NCBI RefSeq assembly: GCF_006345805.1
Contig: NC_043008.1
Location: 14,136,001 to 14,200,000, forward strand
DNA: 64,000 nucleotides
Direction of reading: 5' to 3'
Origin: Octopus sinensis
Lineage: Eukaryota
Numbering within the stretch: the stretch's first letter is position 1; the number at the start of each line of letters is the position of its first letter. Positions 39,838 through 53,169 of this stretch are shown piece after piece. The notes under the pieces were generated by a model. The model did not search any database. It was not told where the DNA came from and worked only from the letters and a program-made list of their open reading frames with translations. Both the position numbers and the translations under genes were made by a program.

Positions 39838-40318
39838 CTGTTGTTGTTGTTGGCATCCTTTTTGTCTCGGGAGACAATGGAGTTGCGCATAAAATAGTCT
39901 AGTCCGGCTTTTACATTTCATGTCCTTATACATTTCCTGCTGTGGCTGTGTAGTCCTATCCTGGACAAACACTCCCTCTGGCAGGTACCACAAATGTAGC
40001 GAAGACTGTTCCTGGCTGGTTGTAATGTGATAGTTTCTTGTTGACGTCTTTTCTTGTCTTTCCATTTCTCCACTCTCTCTCTCTGTCACTCCTTCGTATT
40101 CCCTCTTTTACGGTACGTCGCCAATCTCCACGGTTGCTGGCAACTGCTTCCCAACCGCTAATATTGATGTTGCAGGCCTTCATGTCTCTTTTGCAAACAT
40201 CCTTGTAACGTAAGAACGGTCTTTCCACAGACCTAGTACCCCTAGCAAGCTCTCCGTAGAGTATGTCCTTGGGGATTCTGCCATCTTTCATACGGCTAAC
40301 ATGCTCAAGTGTACTGTA
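39838..40318 (-). mobile_element. RTE-clade LINE 3' fragment
   Basis: HVSRMKDGRIPKDILYGELARG...LRYKDVCKRDMK...NRGDWR; (CAA)n tail at about 39839-39851. Confidence 0.9.
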
Positions 40319-42438
40319 AGCTCCAATTAAATCAATACAAACGGCACCCAAGAAAGTGTCGTTTCACCTTTTGCCGATTTCTGTTTTATGTTAGGGATCA
40401 TGTGTCTCATAAAGTTCCTCTTATGTCTGCAAATATATTACATTGGGTAAGATAGACGCCATCAGTAAACGATCATTTGGTGCACAATAACTACTTCTCA
40501 TTATAGATGTTGTTGTTATTTAACCCCGAGTCACACGTGGTCGGGCAGACCTATTACGAAAACATCAAATTCATGATATCCTACTTTTTTGCTTGATCGT
40601 AAGCCATCTCGATGGACGTTACCCAAATAAATTGTTTCTTTGTATATAAGATACATATGGTTGGGAAGGTGTTTGACTATTGTTTCCAGCACGGGAAGTA
40701 ATTGCATAGCGGGGTTCCTTCGCTGATTCGGATTGTTTAAACTTGACATCAGTTTTCAATATATACCAGATGATGATGTTGTTAAAAGGTAAAATATTGC
40801 TGTCAGATCTCACCACGTATGAAAAGTGATACTGCTCTTTGAACCACCGCAAGAGATCTTGAATATTGCTAAATCTTCTGTGGTGCAGTTTACCAGAAGC
40901 ATAAGATAAACTATATAAGTGTAGGGAGTGGGGGAATAAACAAACACCTACATATTTTTGATAAAATTCGTCACAGTTAAAATTACTTTTAAACCAAGAA
41001 AGAAAATAGCAATATTTTATATTTGGAGAAATACATACTCAGGCCTGATAGCTAGCATTGGTTATGTAAACAAGAAAATATGTTCTCGCTTAGATGAAAC
41101 AGCTTGTTAAAATATATAGTTGATTTTTCTTTGAAGAAAATTATAAGTTTTAACTTTGAAAGCATGGATAGTGAATAGAAATATTTATTTTAAATATATT
41201 TTTAAAAGAACATAATATAAACTGAATTTAATTTCTTTTCAAAAGTATCATAAAAACTTCAAAAGCATATTGATAGTTAATTTGGTTATAATATTTAGTA
41301 AGTTTTAATAAACCCTAATGTTGAAGTATAGCAGACTTTATTATATATTTTTCTTGCTATCTTATTGTTTGTATTTTTGTTTATAGTTTCTGCAAATTGA
41401 AAGATTTTTTTATAAATATAAAATTCATTTTCATATAATATACAAACACGAAAGGTATATTTTTTGTCCAATAAAGGAGAATATAATAAAATGTTATATG
41501 TGTGTTATTTTGTGTTAGAGTAAATTAAGAAATGATGTCCAATATTTTTAATATTGCAACAAAGCAATATATTGACATAATTTGAAGAAAATATTATTAT
41601 TCTTTATTCAAAAATTCCGGCTTTTAATTATTTCTGTATAGATATTTGCTATGAAAAGGAAATTTACTATTATTATCAATCTATGATAGGATACCAAAGT
41701 TTTATTTCTATGTCGGAATGGTCTTTATCTATTTGATTTAAAATCTGAATATTTTTCGTTAGATTTGCTTGATTTGACCTATGATTAAAACTTTCGCTGA
41801 CTGAAGAATTATCAATTTTCTTATAAATATTATAGTGTTCTTATCAATATAAAACCATCTTAATCTTATACTGATCTAATATTTGCAACTGAAACAAAGA
41901 TAGGTTTTAAATGAAAGAACTTTCATTGTCACATTAAGCAGATTAATAGATATTAATTTCTTCCATTATGCCTGAGTTACAGAGAAAAGTGAGGCCAAGG
42001 ATACTGGCCAAACAATTTCTTTTTATCATTAATATACACAGTTTCAACAACGTGAATATTTATTTGAGATTTTATACAAACGTTATATGTCCTGGCAAGA
42101 GAACATCATGGGAAAAGGAAATCAAAATATTTGAAACAAGTTTTACACTAAGCAAATATTATTTTTTCATAGCTCCTGCTGAATAAATTTGCTAAAGCTA
42201 CTGACGAGAACTTTATATCGTTTACAATATAAAGGAACAAAGAAATAGGTAAAGATATAAAATTATCCCTTGCTCATTCATTAAGATATATTGTTGTTTC
42301 TGTAATCATATATCATAAATCATATATCATATAATCAATAGTATAAGTACACCATAACCAACAGATTGATTTACTATTTTCACTCTACTGTAATATATAC
42401 CAACCAGTGGTGATACAGGTGGTAGATGCAGACACATA

Positions 42439-42670
42439 AGGCGGCGAGCTGGCAGAACAGTTAGCACGGCGAGCGAAATGCGTAGCCGTATTTCATCTGC
42501 TGTTACGTTCTGAGTTCAAATTCCGTCGAGGTCGACTTTACCTTGCATCCTTTCTGGGTCGATAAATTAAGTACCAGTTACGCACTTGGGTCGACGTAAT
42601 CTTTTTAATCCGTTTGTCTGTCTTTGTTTGTCCCCTCTATGTTTAGCCCCTTGTGAGCAATAAAGAATAA
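42439..42670 (+). mobile_element. SINE family B monomer
   Basis: Full head and tail; 14-bp TSD agatgca(g/c)acacat. Confidence 0.9.
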
Positions 42671-42766
42671 GATGCACACACATTTTATATATGTATATTA
42701 TAAGTATATTATATATCATATTTATAATACATTGTATATTATAATATTATATATTATATAATATTA

Positions 42767-42798
<32 letters not shown>

Positions 42799-43335
42799 AT
42801 CTGTATACACACATGCATCACATGCGCCAGCGTGCCATAGTTCAGCTGGGTCGCCATTATTATTATCTCCCCTTCACTCAGTCTCTTCCTTCCGCTCATT
42901 TCCTCATATTGAACCGTTATTCCCTACACAATTTTTTCTCTCACCGTTATGAGAATGCACATTTTCTGATAGAAGAGAAAATCTTTTTCCAGGATCGGGA
43001 TATACTAAACAAGCATCGGAGGAATGATTCAAGAATTTGAGTAATGGTTCAATGTTTCGTATTTCTTGATTAGCACTTTATTAAAGCACTTTATTAAATG
43101 GCAAAAATGTTATTGTGGAGGCCATAACATTGCGCGTGATACGTAGGCTGGAGAGACTCAAAGAGGAATATCGCTTGTGGCCGGGCGACGCCGACTCGGA
43201 GCCCGCCTTGGTTTGAAACGAGGCGTGGGTGATGGAGGAGTATATGGGCACAAGCGATGTTGGAGGGGAAAATTGACAAGTGGCTGAAAAGCCTCAGTGT
43301 TATAATGTTTAAGTTTGTAAGAGGCTCAACGCCTC

Positions 43336-43620
43336 AATTTGTAAATGGAATATTAAGTCTAAAAATTGTAAAAAGGGAAGTAAGAGCTTCAATACCTCGT
43401 TTTGTTTTTTGTGCAAAAAGTAATAATGTTTTAATTTGTAAATGGACTATCAAGTCTAATAATTGTAAAAATGGAAGTAAGTGGTACAATACATCGGTGT
43501 AATTTATGTGTTAGAAAATAATAATGTTTCAATTTGTAAATGAACTCTTAAGTCCAGTAATTGTAAAACGGAAGTAAGAGGTTCAATATCTCGGTTTGTT
43601 TTTGTGTAAAAAAAATTAAG
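43336..43620. repeat. Diverged about 98-bp tandem repeat (3 copies), probably in a retroelement 3' region
   Basis: aatttgtaaatg recurs at 43336, 43433 and 43531, each followed by gaagtaag...caata..tcg. Confidence 0.75.
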
Positions 43621-43769
43621 TTTTAGGGAAGCAAAAAATCGGAGGGCGTTTTTTTGTCTTCTCCCATTAATATCATTTTATTTCTTCATTCATCGGATCA
43701 ATGTTTTTGTCCAGCCCCCAAGCTACTCTGTATCAAGCCTTTTATGGCAAAATGTTTTGAAATAAAGTA

Positions 43770-43948
43770 GCTTGCTGAACAACCACATGATTCCCGGTTC
43801 AGTACGACTGCGTGGCTCCTTCGGCAATTGTCTTCTACTATAGCATCGGGCAAGCCAAAGCCTTGTGAGTGGATTTCTTAGATCGAAACTGGGTGAATTC
43901 CGTCGAATATATATAATTATATATAATTATATATAATACATACATGCG

Positions 43949-44000
<52 letters not shown>

Positions 44001-44210
44001 CGTGTGTGTGTGTGCGTATGTGTGCGTGCGTGTGTGTGCGTGCGAGTATATGATAATGCGTCTGTGTTTACGTCCCTGTAACTTAACGGTTCTGAAAAAG
44101 GAACCGATAGAGTAAGTACTAGGCTTACAAAGAATAAGTCCTAGGGTCGATTTGTTCGACTATAGAGGCGATGCTCCAGCATGGATGCAGTCAAATGACT
44201 GAAACAAATA
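43770..44210 (+). mobile_element. SINE family A with expanded internal (TG)n
   Basis: Body and tail motifs present. Confidence 0.85.
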
Positions 44211-45176
44211 TATGGATATATATTATATCACGTCAGTACTGTTACATGTACGGTAGCTATTACTGACTTTTGCATAGGCCCGCATATGCAAATATATACA
44301 CACAGGTACATGTACACACGCAGAATAGGAGAAAGGGAACGAAAGTATTAGTTATCTGAACAGAAGTATACAAGGTTACTGTGATTCTTAAAGGGATGTG
44401 TTGCCCGTTGAATCAATTGTGTATATTATTCTTATTTCGTCCTTGTTGAATTCAAACAATTTGAATAGTATCAATATTACAGACAGACATAACAAAATGT
44501 AATTCTGTAATATAAAAATGTCGCTATTCGTTCTTGATAATATGTGTCTTGCTGAGCAGCTGAATATCATTATTTTGTAGAAAATAAATGTTGCTCACAA
44601 AATTTTATTAGCAGCATTGACGTTTACTTGATAACGTATTCTTAAGAATATAAGCGGACTCTGTTGCTTCCAAGAGCAGATATATTAATTTGATTTGAAG
44701 GAAATAATAAAGTAAAGAGCTTAACGCGCTAGTACATTCTATCATTTTGTATTACTGAAGCTTAAAAACTGGAAAACACTGCTTCTGTAAAATATAGACC
44801 CTCCGTTCAAACTCAGATACAAGATACACCACAAGGAAGCATTAGTCGACTGCAGAACGGTAATAAGCGGATGCGATGACAAAGGAATACACGGTTATCT
44901 AATAAACTTCATTACCTTAGAGTTGTTTTTGCTATAAGATGTTACTCAGGTTATGAAATGAGTCCACTGCGTCTTACAGAGAGAACAGCTGTAATCTAAT
45001 GAAGTCCGTAAGTCATTTGTTCCTTTGTCACCTCATAAACTTATATATAATTATATATGTCTGTGTGTGTGTGCGCGCAGGTACGTATAAACAGCAACAC
45101 ATGAATATATAGTTAACAGTTATATAAAATATATATGCGTATCCATATGGTAAGAATCACATACATTCATAAATAT

Positions 45177-45392
45177 ATATATGTATGTATAACAATAATT
45201 AAGGGTTTAGCAATGAGTTGCTTAACCACATACCGAAAAATTTAGAAATAGCAGCCAAAATGCCTTCAAAATGCCCTTATTTTTTTTCGCGAGAAAAGAA
45301 ATAAAGGCCTTTTGGCTGCTATTTCTAAATTTTTCGGTATGTGATTAAGCAACTCGTTGCTAAACCCTTAATTATTGTTATACATACATATA
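45177..45392. repeat. About 215-bp fold-back palindrome
   Basis: ataacaataattaagggtttagcaa...cagccaaaa mirrors ttttggctg...ttgctaaacccttaattattgttat; centre tcg|cga. Confidence 0.9.
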
Positions 45393-45982
45393 TAAAACAT
45401 CTCGTATAAGTTTTTACCGAATATGGTTCCTTTCCATACCGAAATTACTTGGTGGTATTTATTAATTATAAATTAATAATTTTTTACCCTATATCTATAA
45501 TATATGTATATATATATAATATGTGACAATTAGTTGGTTGTTAAGGGCATGTTCTTATAGACTAAGCTATGTATGTGCATGTGCGTATAGAGTTGTATAT
45601 ATGAACGTAATGATGCGTGTATTTTCGCGTATGTGTCTTTATTTCTATATACGTTTTCCCAGTATGTATATTATATGCATGTGCGTATAAACTACGTTTT
45701 GCATATCCGCGTATGTTTGTGTGCGTGTATATATGAGCGCAGTGATGCGTTCATGGGTATATATGCGTGTGTATGTGCGTGTATGCGTAGACCTATATAT
45801 GTATATATGTGGGCTTGTATGTATATGTACATGCATGTGTGAGTATGTATATGTATGTGTGTGTGTGTGTGCGTATATGTATGAGTATGTGTACATATGC
45901 GGATTCTATGAATGGCGTATTACTTTCACCATGCTTATTGGAGTAATTTTCCTTTATTGAACAGTCTTTCTTTCATATGGTT

Positions 45983-46057
45983 TTGTCTTAATAACTGATG
46001 AAATGCCGGAGCAGACTTCAGCTCCAGTATCCGAAACTCTGAGTTTTATTATGACAA
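45983..46057 (+). ncRNA. Type I hammerhead ribozyme motif in a solo terminal-repeat-like segment
   Basis: Stem I ttgtcttaataa/ttattatgacaa (11 of 12), CUGAUGA, stem II atgc-c-ggagc/gctcc-a-gtat, GAAAC-UCUGA-GUU. The base of stem II lacks the G10.1:C11.1 pair. Confidence 0.7.
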
Positions 46058-46197
46058 CCAACTAATTGTTACATATTATATTTACAGATAAAATCATCTA
46101 TTTTACATAATATCGAGGTCCCATTCATTCTTTTGTTGTCATGTTATTATTATTAATACATACATGCATATATATATATATATGTATGTATGTATAT

Positions 46198-46241
<44 letters not shown>

Positions 46242-47402
46242 TAAATATATATATATATATTATATATATATATATTATATGTTGAAAATGTGTGTGGGCG
46301 GGATGTATATTTATAGGTGTAGAGTTCGTAGTTATATAGAGACGCGCATTTATGTGTATGCAAGAAAATATAGTCTGAAGATGGGTGGGTATATATATAT
46401 AAATTGAAACACTGTATGCCTAGATAAAGATACAAAACAAGAGGTTTATAGTCTGGAAAACCAACACAACTCTAGACAATTTTGAATATTTATGTTTCCG
46501 AAGTTTAATCATTTAAAGCCATCAATCTATATTTGTTTACACCCTATAGATATTTTTAGGAAGAATTAATTGGAAATGATGCAATGAAATTAAATTTGAT
46601 CTATTACAAATACAGAGAAAAACAAAAAAGTATTAATTGAAAAAGTATGAAGTTGTAAAGAATGCGAATTTATAAATTAATATTTATAAAAAGTATTGAA
46701 AAAAAATTGAACCGTTTAGTTTGATATTTTGATTTGCAATTATATTAATATATTCAGATCACTTCTGAAATTTGATAAAGGAACACTTAAACAGATTCAG
46801 AAACCACGGTATTGTCTGCTATTTCTCTCTCCTCTCACTCAATTTTGTGATTGAAAAAACACGTTAAAAGAAAAATTACGATGCAGACACGAGTAGACTA
46901 CTAATGATGTTCTGTAGTATATTTTTTTGTACGTTACTATTCTGAGTTCAAAACATGTGAATGTGTTTATTAGTTTTCATTCCACGTTCGGTACATTTTA
47001 GCCTTAAAATTGTTTTTTTTCTCTTTCTCTTATAGGCAACCGTCCTGAAAATCTGGCGAACAGGAGGCTAGTCCATTCAATGTACTGGACTAGCCTCAAC
47101 TGGTACTCAAACTATTCACCCCGAAATGATAAAAAGCAAAATCGACTTTGACAGAATTTGAACTCAGAACGTAATCCCGGACGAAATAGCAATAAGAGTT
47201 TTTGCCCTGCTTGTTAACCATCCTGCTGGCTCCCTGTTTCGTTGTTTTTTTTTTAGGGAGGATTCATTATTGTGCAACCTGAAATTAGTTAGTAGTTGTA
47301 CACGTCTAATATAATTCCACCCCACGTGCCTATGATATCAGGGATTCTTAATTTTTAGTAGCATAATAGGCCTTGTTTCTATTTGGGTCCCCACTATCAT
47401 TA

Positions 47403-48425
47403 TTATAAAGTCATCCCGGAAGTAATCTCCGGATCTTAAATAAGGAAAAGAAGTGATCAAATCTTACATTTTAATGAAACTTAAGCTTCGATATAGTTTC
47501 CATGATTATCTATGATATCCTTCCATCTACTTGCAACCTTTTTAATTCCATCAGTGAAAAATTCGGTTTCGAAAAGAACTCTGAATGTTCACTTTCGACT
47601 TCCTTAGTTGTTTCGAGAGTTAAGCCAGCCAAATGATTTTGTAATCTACGGGAATCGAAGGTAGCAAGGTTTGGGAACTAATACGGTTGAGCAATTTTCA
47701 TCTAGCTAAGTTCCTCGATATTCTGGGACGAGGTCTTTACAGTGTGTGGTATTGCATTGTCCTGATGAAATGATACTCCCTCTCGATTCATTAAAACAGG
47801 TCTTTTGTTTCAAAAAGAGAGAAACGTCTTCCATTTTCGGTTGTGGTTGGGCTTTTTCCCCTTCACCAAGACAATGTGAACGACGCTTAAAGTTTTGTTA
47901 GGAGAGCCGGTTTCCAGTCTGTCTGAAAAGGTCGAGATGGGTTCCCTAGAACGAAGAGAAGAGCCGATATATACACGGGATTTGCAGTTCGCTTCAGACA
48001 AATTCATTTTGCGAGATTTCGGATCTTTCTCAGATGTCAAAAATGGCAGTGAACAGTTGTTTGACTTAAACGAAGCTTGATTGCCAATTGTTCAACTGAA
48101 ACTGCGTGATCTCCTTCAAGTTCTCCCAAAATGAGCTTGTCATCAAACTCAATTAGACGTCCAGTTCGGGCCTCTTCTTCAAATATGAAATCTCCAATTC
48201 TGAATTTTATAAAACATATTCCGCAACTTCTTTCATTCAGGCACTCTTCCATAAGCTGAGTGAATAGTTCGAGTTGATTCAGCTGCTGAGTTCCTTTCGT
48301 AAACTCAAAATGCATTATGCGCCTCAAATGCTCTTTAAACTCTTCCACGTTTGAAGAGCGCTAATTAGTGAAATTTCAGAAATTTAATTGGTTGAAATAT
48401 GTTCAAATACCTATAAATATTACTT
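47403..48425 (-). pseudogene. Decayed mariner transposase
   Basis: EHLRRIMHFEFTKG...KFRIGDFIFEEEARTGR...TVHCH; C-terminus VASRWKDIIDNHGNYIE. Confidence 0.85.
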
Positions 48426-48494
48426 GACGTCATTAGACATTCTAAAGTAGTGTTAAAGCGTTTAGAAATTGACAATAATAAGCCCTGATATTAG

Positions 48495-48719
48495 TTATGG
48501 AATGACCTGATATAACCCATTCACATCCTTAATCAGCTTCTCCGGTTTGAAACAACTATCATTCTTTTCTGAAGCACACACGGTACTAACTACGGGGCTT
48601 TGGATCTCAACATAGAGACTGGCTTCATACGGGTTAACTGTGGCACACTCGGCAGCACAGGAATATGTATGGCACTCTGCCATACATATAAGCACTAAAA
48701 GAAAAAAAAAGAAACTCAT
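48495..48719 (-). CDS. Candidate first exon of a secreted Cys-rich protein (signal peptide MSFFFFLLVLICMAEC)
   Basis: 74-codon unique-sequence ORF with hydrophobic N-terminus and small-residue cleavage site. Possible donors GTGAAT (48524) or GTCATT (48506); CRE-like TGACGTC at 48809-48815. Confidence 0.4.
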   Translation of the reverse strand: MSFFFFLLVLICMAECHTYSCAAECATVNPYEASLYVEIQSPVVSTVCASEKNDSCFKPEKLIKDVNGLYQVIP

Positions 48720-50334
48720 ACATTATTGTTCGACTCTATTCACTAAATTAAACATATTTTCTCCTTCCGACGAAAAGCACGAGAAGTAAATTTTGTCTAT
48801 AAATGCACGACGTCAGATAAAAACGAAATGGAAGGTAACAGCCCACGGACATACACTATTTGGTATGAGAAAACCTTATTGCTTTTTATAACGATAAACC
48901 CTTTTATATCAGATATTTCTTTTTAGTCAACACACAACTGATTCTTTTTGTAAGCTATCACAATATATATTATCTCTTACGTAGCAACAACCAATTTACT
49001 AAGCTCCTCCGTATATACAATCGCTACATTTTTTTATTAGCAAAATGAGCAGTCATAGTAATGTCCAAGAATGATAAATGGTTATGAAATATACAAAAGT
49101 TGTTTATTTTCTTTTTTTTTTAACAGATCTATTTTCTTATTATGTAGACAAATAAGGCAGTTGCTCTGTGAAGGTATGTCTGTAATACCAATTTTTTTCT
49201 TGCTTTACGTTGATAATATATTAACAGTTCATATTTGTAGTAGCAAATACGTTTTAAATGGCACAAGATATGAAACTCTCTGACTCTAGAACAAATTGTG
49301 AAATGGTTAATTTAGGTGATTCCCTTTTGGGATTGCACAGAAGGAATATATTTACAAGATAAATGGCATAAAACCAGACGAGATTATAAACTTGGGAATG
49401 AATTGAATTTCAAAGACTTATATTGTAATAAATTGTACTTTATGGAAACATTTGTAAAACACATATTGATCAATGCATTCTTAATGCATCTGATAGTCAC
49501 TATTTATTATTGTGATAAATATCAGTATTACAGTGGGGGATAGAATGTGATCCAGTCTCTTTAATAATTTCACTTTACAATGCCAGTAACATTACCCATG
49601 ATACATAGTTGAAAGCTTTGCTTTAGCAATTAGTAGAAGATTATTAAAAGCAGCTTTGGCCTAAATGGGAGTATTATTAAGCTGATGGCTATCTCTGTGT
49701 CAATTACTAAGTTTATAATATTTGTGATGGTGGTGGGTCATAATGATAATATCATAAAAGATACACACATAACGATGTACAAAGACTACGAAATGGGATG
49801 GGAATAAGCATAAATCTTGTAATTGATACATTAGAGAGGCGGTGGATTAGCGAAATCGTTAGAACATAAAACAAATGCTATGTGGTATTTAGTTAGATAC
49901 CTTTACGTTCTAAGTTCAAGTACCGTTATCGCCAACTTCCTTTTTACATTTCAGGGCTCGATGAATTGAAGAAGCATTATGAGAGATGGAACGTAACGTT
50001 TAACTAATATTCTGGTCATAATATTAAGAAATTAATATTTTAGAAATAAGCAACATTTAAACTATTCATACCCATTTCGCAATTATTCTACATTTACTTG
50101 ATAAATACGGCATTGAGAAACAAATCACGTAGACCTATTTTACATATAAAATCTATTTTTAAACAGACACCAACACCCACATATGGATAGGTGGATAGCG
50201 CGTAATCTTAATTACTACAAAGTACAATTCACAGAAATTCTGGAGTTATTTAAATGTACCTAGCATTACTGCATAAATTATATGGTAAAAGTATACATAC
50301 AGGATTTCTGGTTATATTTAAAATTTCTATTTCT

Positions 50335-50567
50335 ATTTCTTTACTACCCACAAGGGGTTAAACACAGAGGGGACGAACAAGGACAGACAAATGGATTAAG
50401 TTGATTATATCGACCCCAGTGCGTAACTGGTACTTATTTAATCGACCCCGAAAGGGTGAAAGGCAAAGTCGACCCCGGCGGAATTTGAACTCAGAACGTA
50501 GCGGCAGACGAAATACGGCTACGCATTTCGCCCGGCGTGCTAACGTTTCTGCCAGCTCGTCGCCCTA
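50335..50567 (-). mobile_element. Young SINE family B monomer
   Basis: Perfect 23-bp TSD ttatatttaaaatttctatttct at 50312-50334 and 50568-50590. Confidence 0.95.
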
Positions 50568-53169
50568 TTATATTTAAAATTTCTATTTCTTTGAGTAACG
50601 TAACTCTTTATTGCAGCTCTATGGGATCAATAACTGTTGAAAAGGAAAATATTCTTATCGCTTTAACAGCATTATCGACTGTGATGAATACAAAGACAAG
50701 TGCAACATCATCAACATAACAAAAACGATAACAGCAAGAACCAAATTTACGATAGCTCTAACATAAATAACTACAGTGAAATGCTTGAATAGGACTACAA
50801 TAGGGAATAATTCATTCTCGGAATATAAAGGGACAGATTTCGGTAACAGCCTCCAATCTTTTAAAACGTGCAATGCGATTTTACGGACGTCCTCTCTGTT
50901 ATTGCGTTTACAATACAGTTCTTCAAAATTTAACGTTTTATTAAAATTTATCTAAGAATTCCAAGTTACAAATCATTATTCGTGGTGCAATCAGTCAGAA
51001 AACCAATACGCCTTAAGAATTTAGTACAAGAAAGAGATCGTGTTTTAGACAACAAATAGATAATTTTGTTGAAAGCCAAACGTTATAATGAAAAAACTGA
51101 ATGAAACACCAAAAGACCAGATTAAATGTTCAAATTAGGGTTTTAATTCGCATATTTTGTAAGTACGACATGCCTATGGATAAAATACACTTTTAGATAC
51201 ACAATCAAATATCAGCATATATATACATTTGTGTGTATGTATATATGTATATATATTTTTATATATTTTATATATATATAGTTTTTTTATGTATTATATA
51301 TATATATATCTATATATACATACATACATATATCTATATATATGTATTTATGTATGTATGTATGTATGTATGTATCTATCTATCTATCTATCTATCTATG
51401 TATATTGATATTGATATTGACACACGTATATATGGTTGATTCTCTATCACTGCTGCTATATATGAATACTCCCGTAATTAAACAATGGTTCACGTTTAGT
51501 TCGAACACTCATGTACCATTAGATGCAGATATTTCAGGTAAGATAACTTCAAAGAAAAACGTAATGTTATTCGGTAAAATGTAACAATATGATAAAGCTG
51601 TAAGAAACCTCGACTTGAAGATAGCTTGGCATTAACTCACGTTAATGAGATCATATAATCTCATTTAGTTGCGCACATTTTATATAATACTAAGTATGTT
51701 TAGATGAGGTAATGGCTTGTACAGCGTAATGAATAATTGTAAAGTTAGTAAGATGGTTATGGCGAGATCTATTGCATTCTTTGACTACAGGTCAGGCGTT
51801 ACAACCAAGGCTGTAATTATGAACCGAATAAACTCTGATATATAGACAGGTTTTACTTAGTTTCCTCCAACAAATTATATTACTGTGGGCTGATACTATC
51901 TTTTTTTAACAAATGTTAAACGTAGTGGCATGGAAACAAAGCACTGCGTACGAAAATCTTTTGTGCGTTGTAATTCGATTTCGAGTTAATATTTACTCAT
52001 AATTCGGTAGACTCTATGTTACAATAATTCTTTGATGAAGAAATACATTGTTTGAAATCTATGGTAAGTGTTATTCAATAAATAGTAATTATAAACTTTT
52101 TTTTTGTTCAGAAAATCTCGTTCGTTCAAAATGAGTCACTCTGATATCGTGTGTGGACATGGTAATTCAATATTTGAAGTTATTATATGCCATAGATCTA
52201 AAAAAAAACTTAAAAGTTTGTCATAAAATCTAGGACTAATAAGTAATTTTACGATATGGGTAACGATGTTTATTATGATTTTCTGTAAATAATCTTTGTG
52301 TCAAAACGTATGTTAATTCAATAAACGAGGCGTTGGTTATTTAGTTGAACATCGTCATGTTTCTCATTCGAAAGCATAAAAAGTCTGAGTTGGATAAAGT
52401 GAAATACAAATCTGCTTATAATTTCATACATTAGGTCTCCATCACATCCCCACTTATTTATAATACTTACATTATCGCGCTGTTCGCTAACCTCGTTGAC
52501 GTACTTAGCTATGCATACAAACATATACGATTTGAAATGGCACGTACTTAATTTATAAATTAAAGTCCTTGAACAAATAAGTAATGCGTGAGACGTAGTA
52601 CAATAAACATAATATCCCTACAAAGCCTTATTCGTTGACGAACATGCATGTTGAAACCTTTTCTAATGTTTGCTGATAGCCTGTGGACAAGACATTATAA
52701 ATCATTACAGTAATTCACGATGCAAGAAAATTTTAGCCATGCACAATGTCGATTTTTTAAAAATCCTTTTACAGATATCTCGCTTGAATTGCAGTTTTCT
52801 AAACGCATTGCGGCTTATGATATTTACATCATCATTTCAGTCGTAAGCAGTGCGTTTAGGATTTAACTTATTCAGTTAGACGCTTTACTAGCTGCATGGG
52901 TAGTCGACAGTGAATTTATGAAGTTACACTCAATTAACTACCTCGAAAAACAAGATTTTGAACTTAGAAATTGATGTTTAGTTGCATTTATTCAAATTAT
53001 TATAGTTATATTATGTTAGCAAGAAAGTAATTTCGTTTTTTGCAAATAGAGTCACAATCTTTTTCAATGGCATTTGTCAATGTTATGGTTTTTTCCTTTT
53101 GACATTTGATAGCCATTACTTTTAGCTTACTTTAGAACTACTAGAAGTTCGATGAGTGCCATGAAAGAT

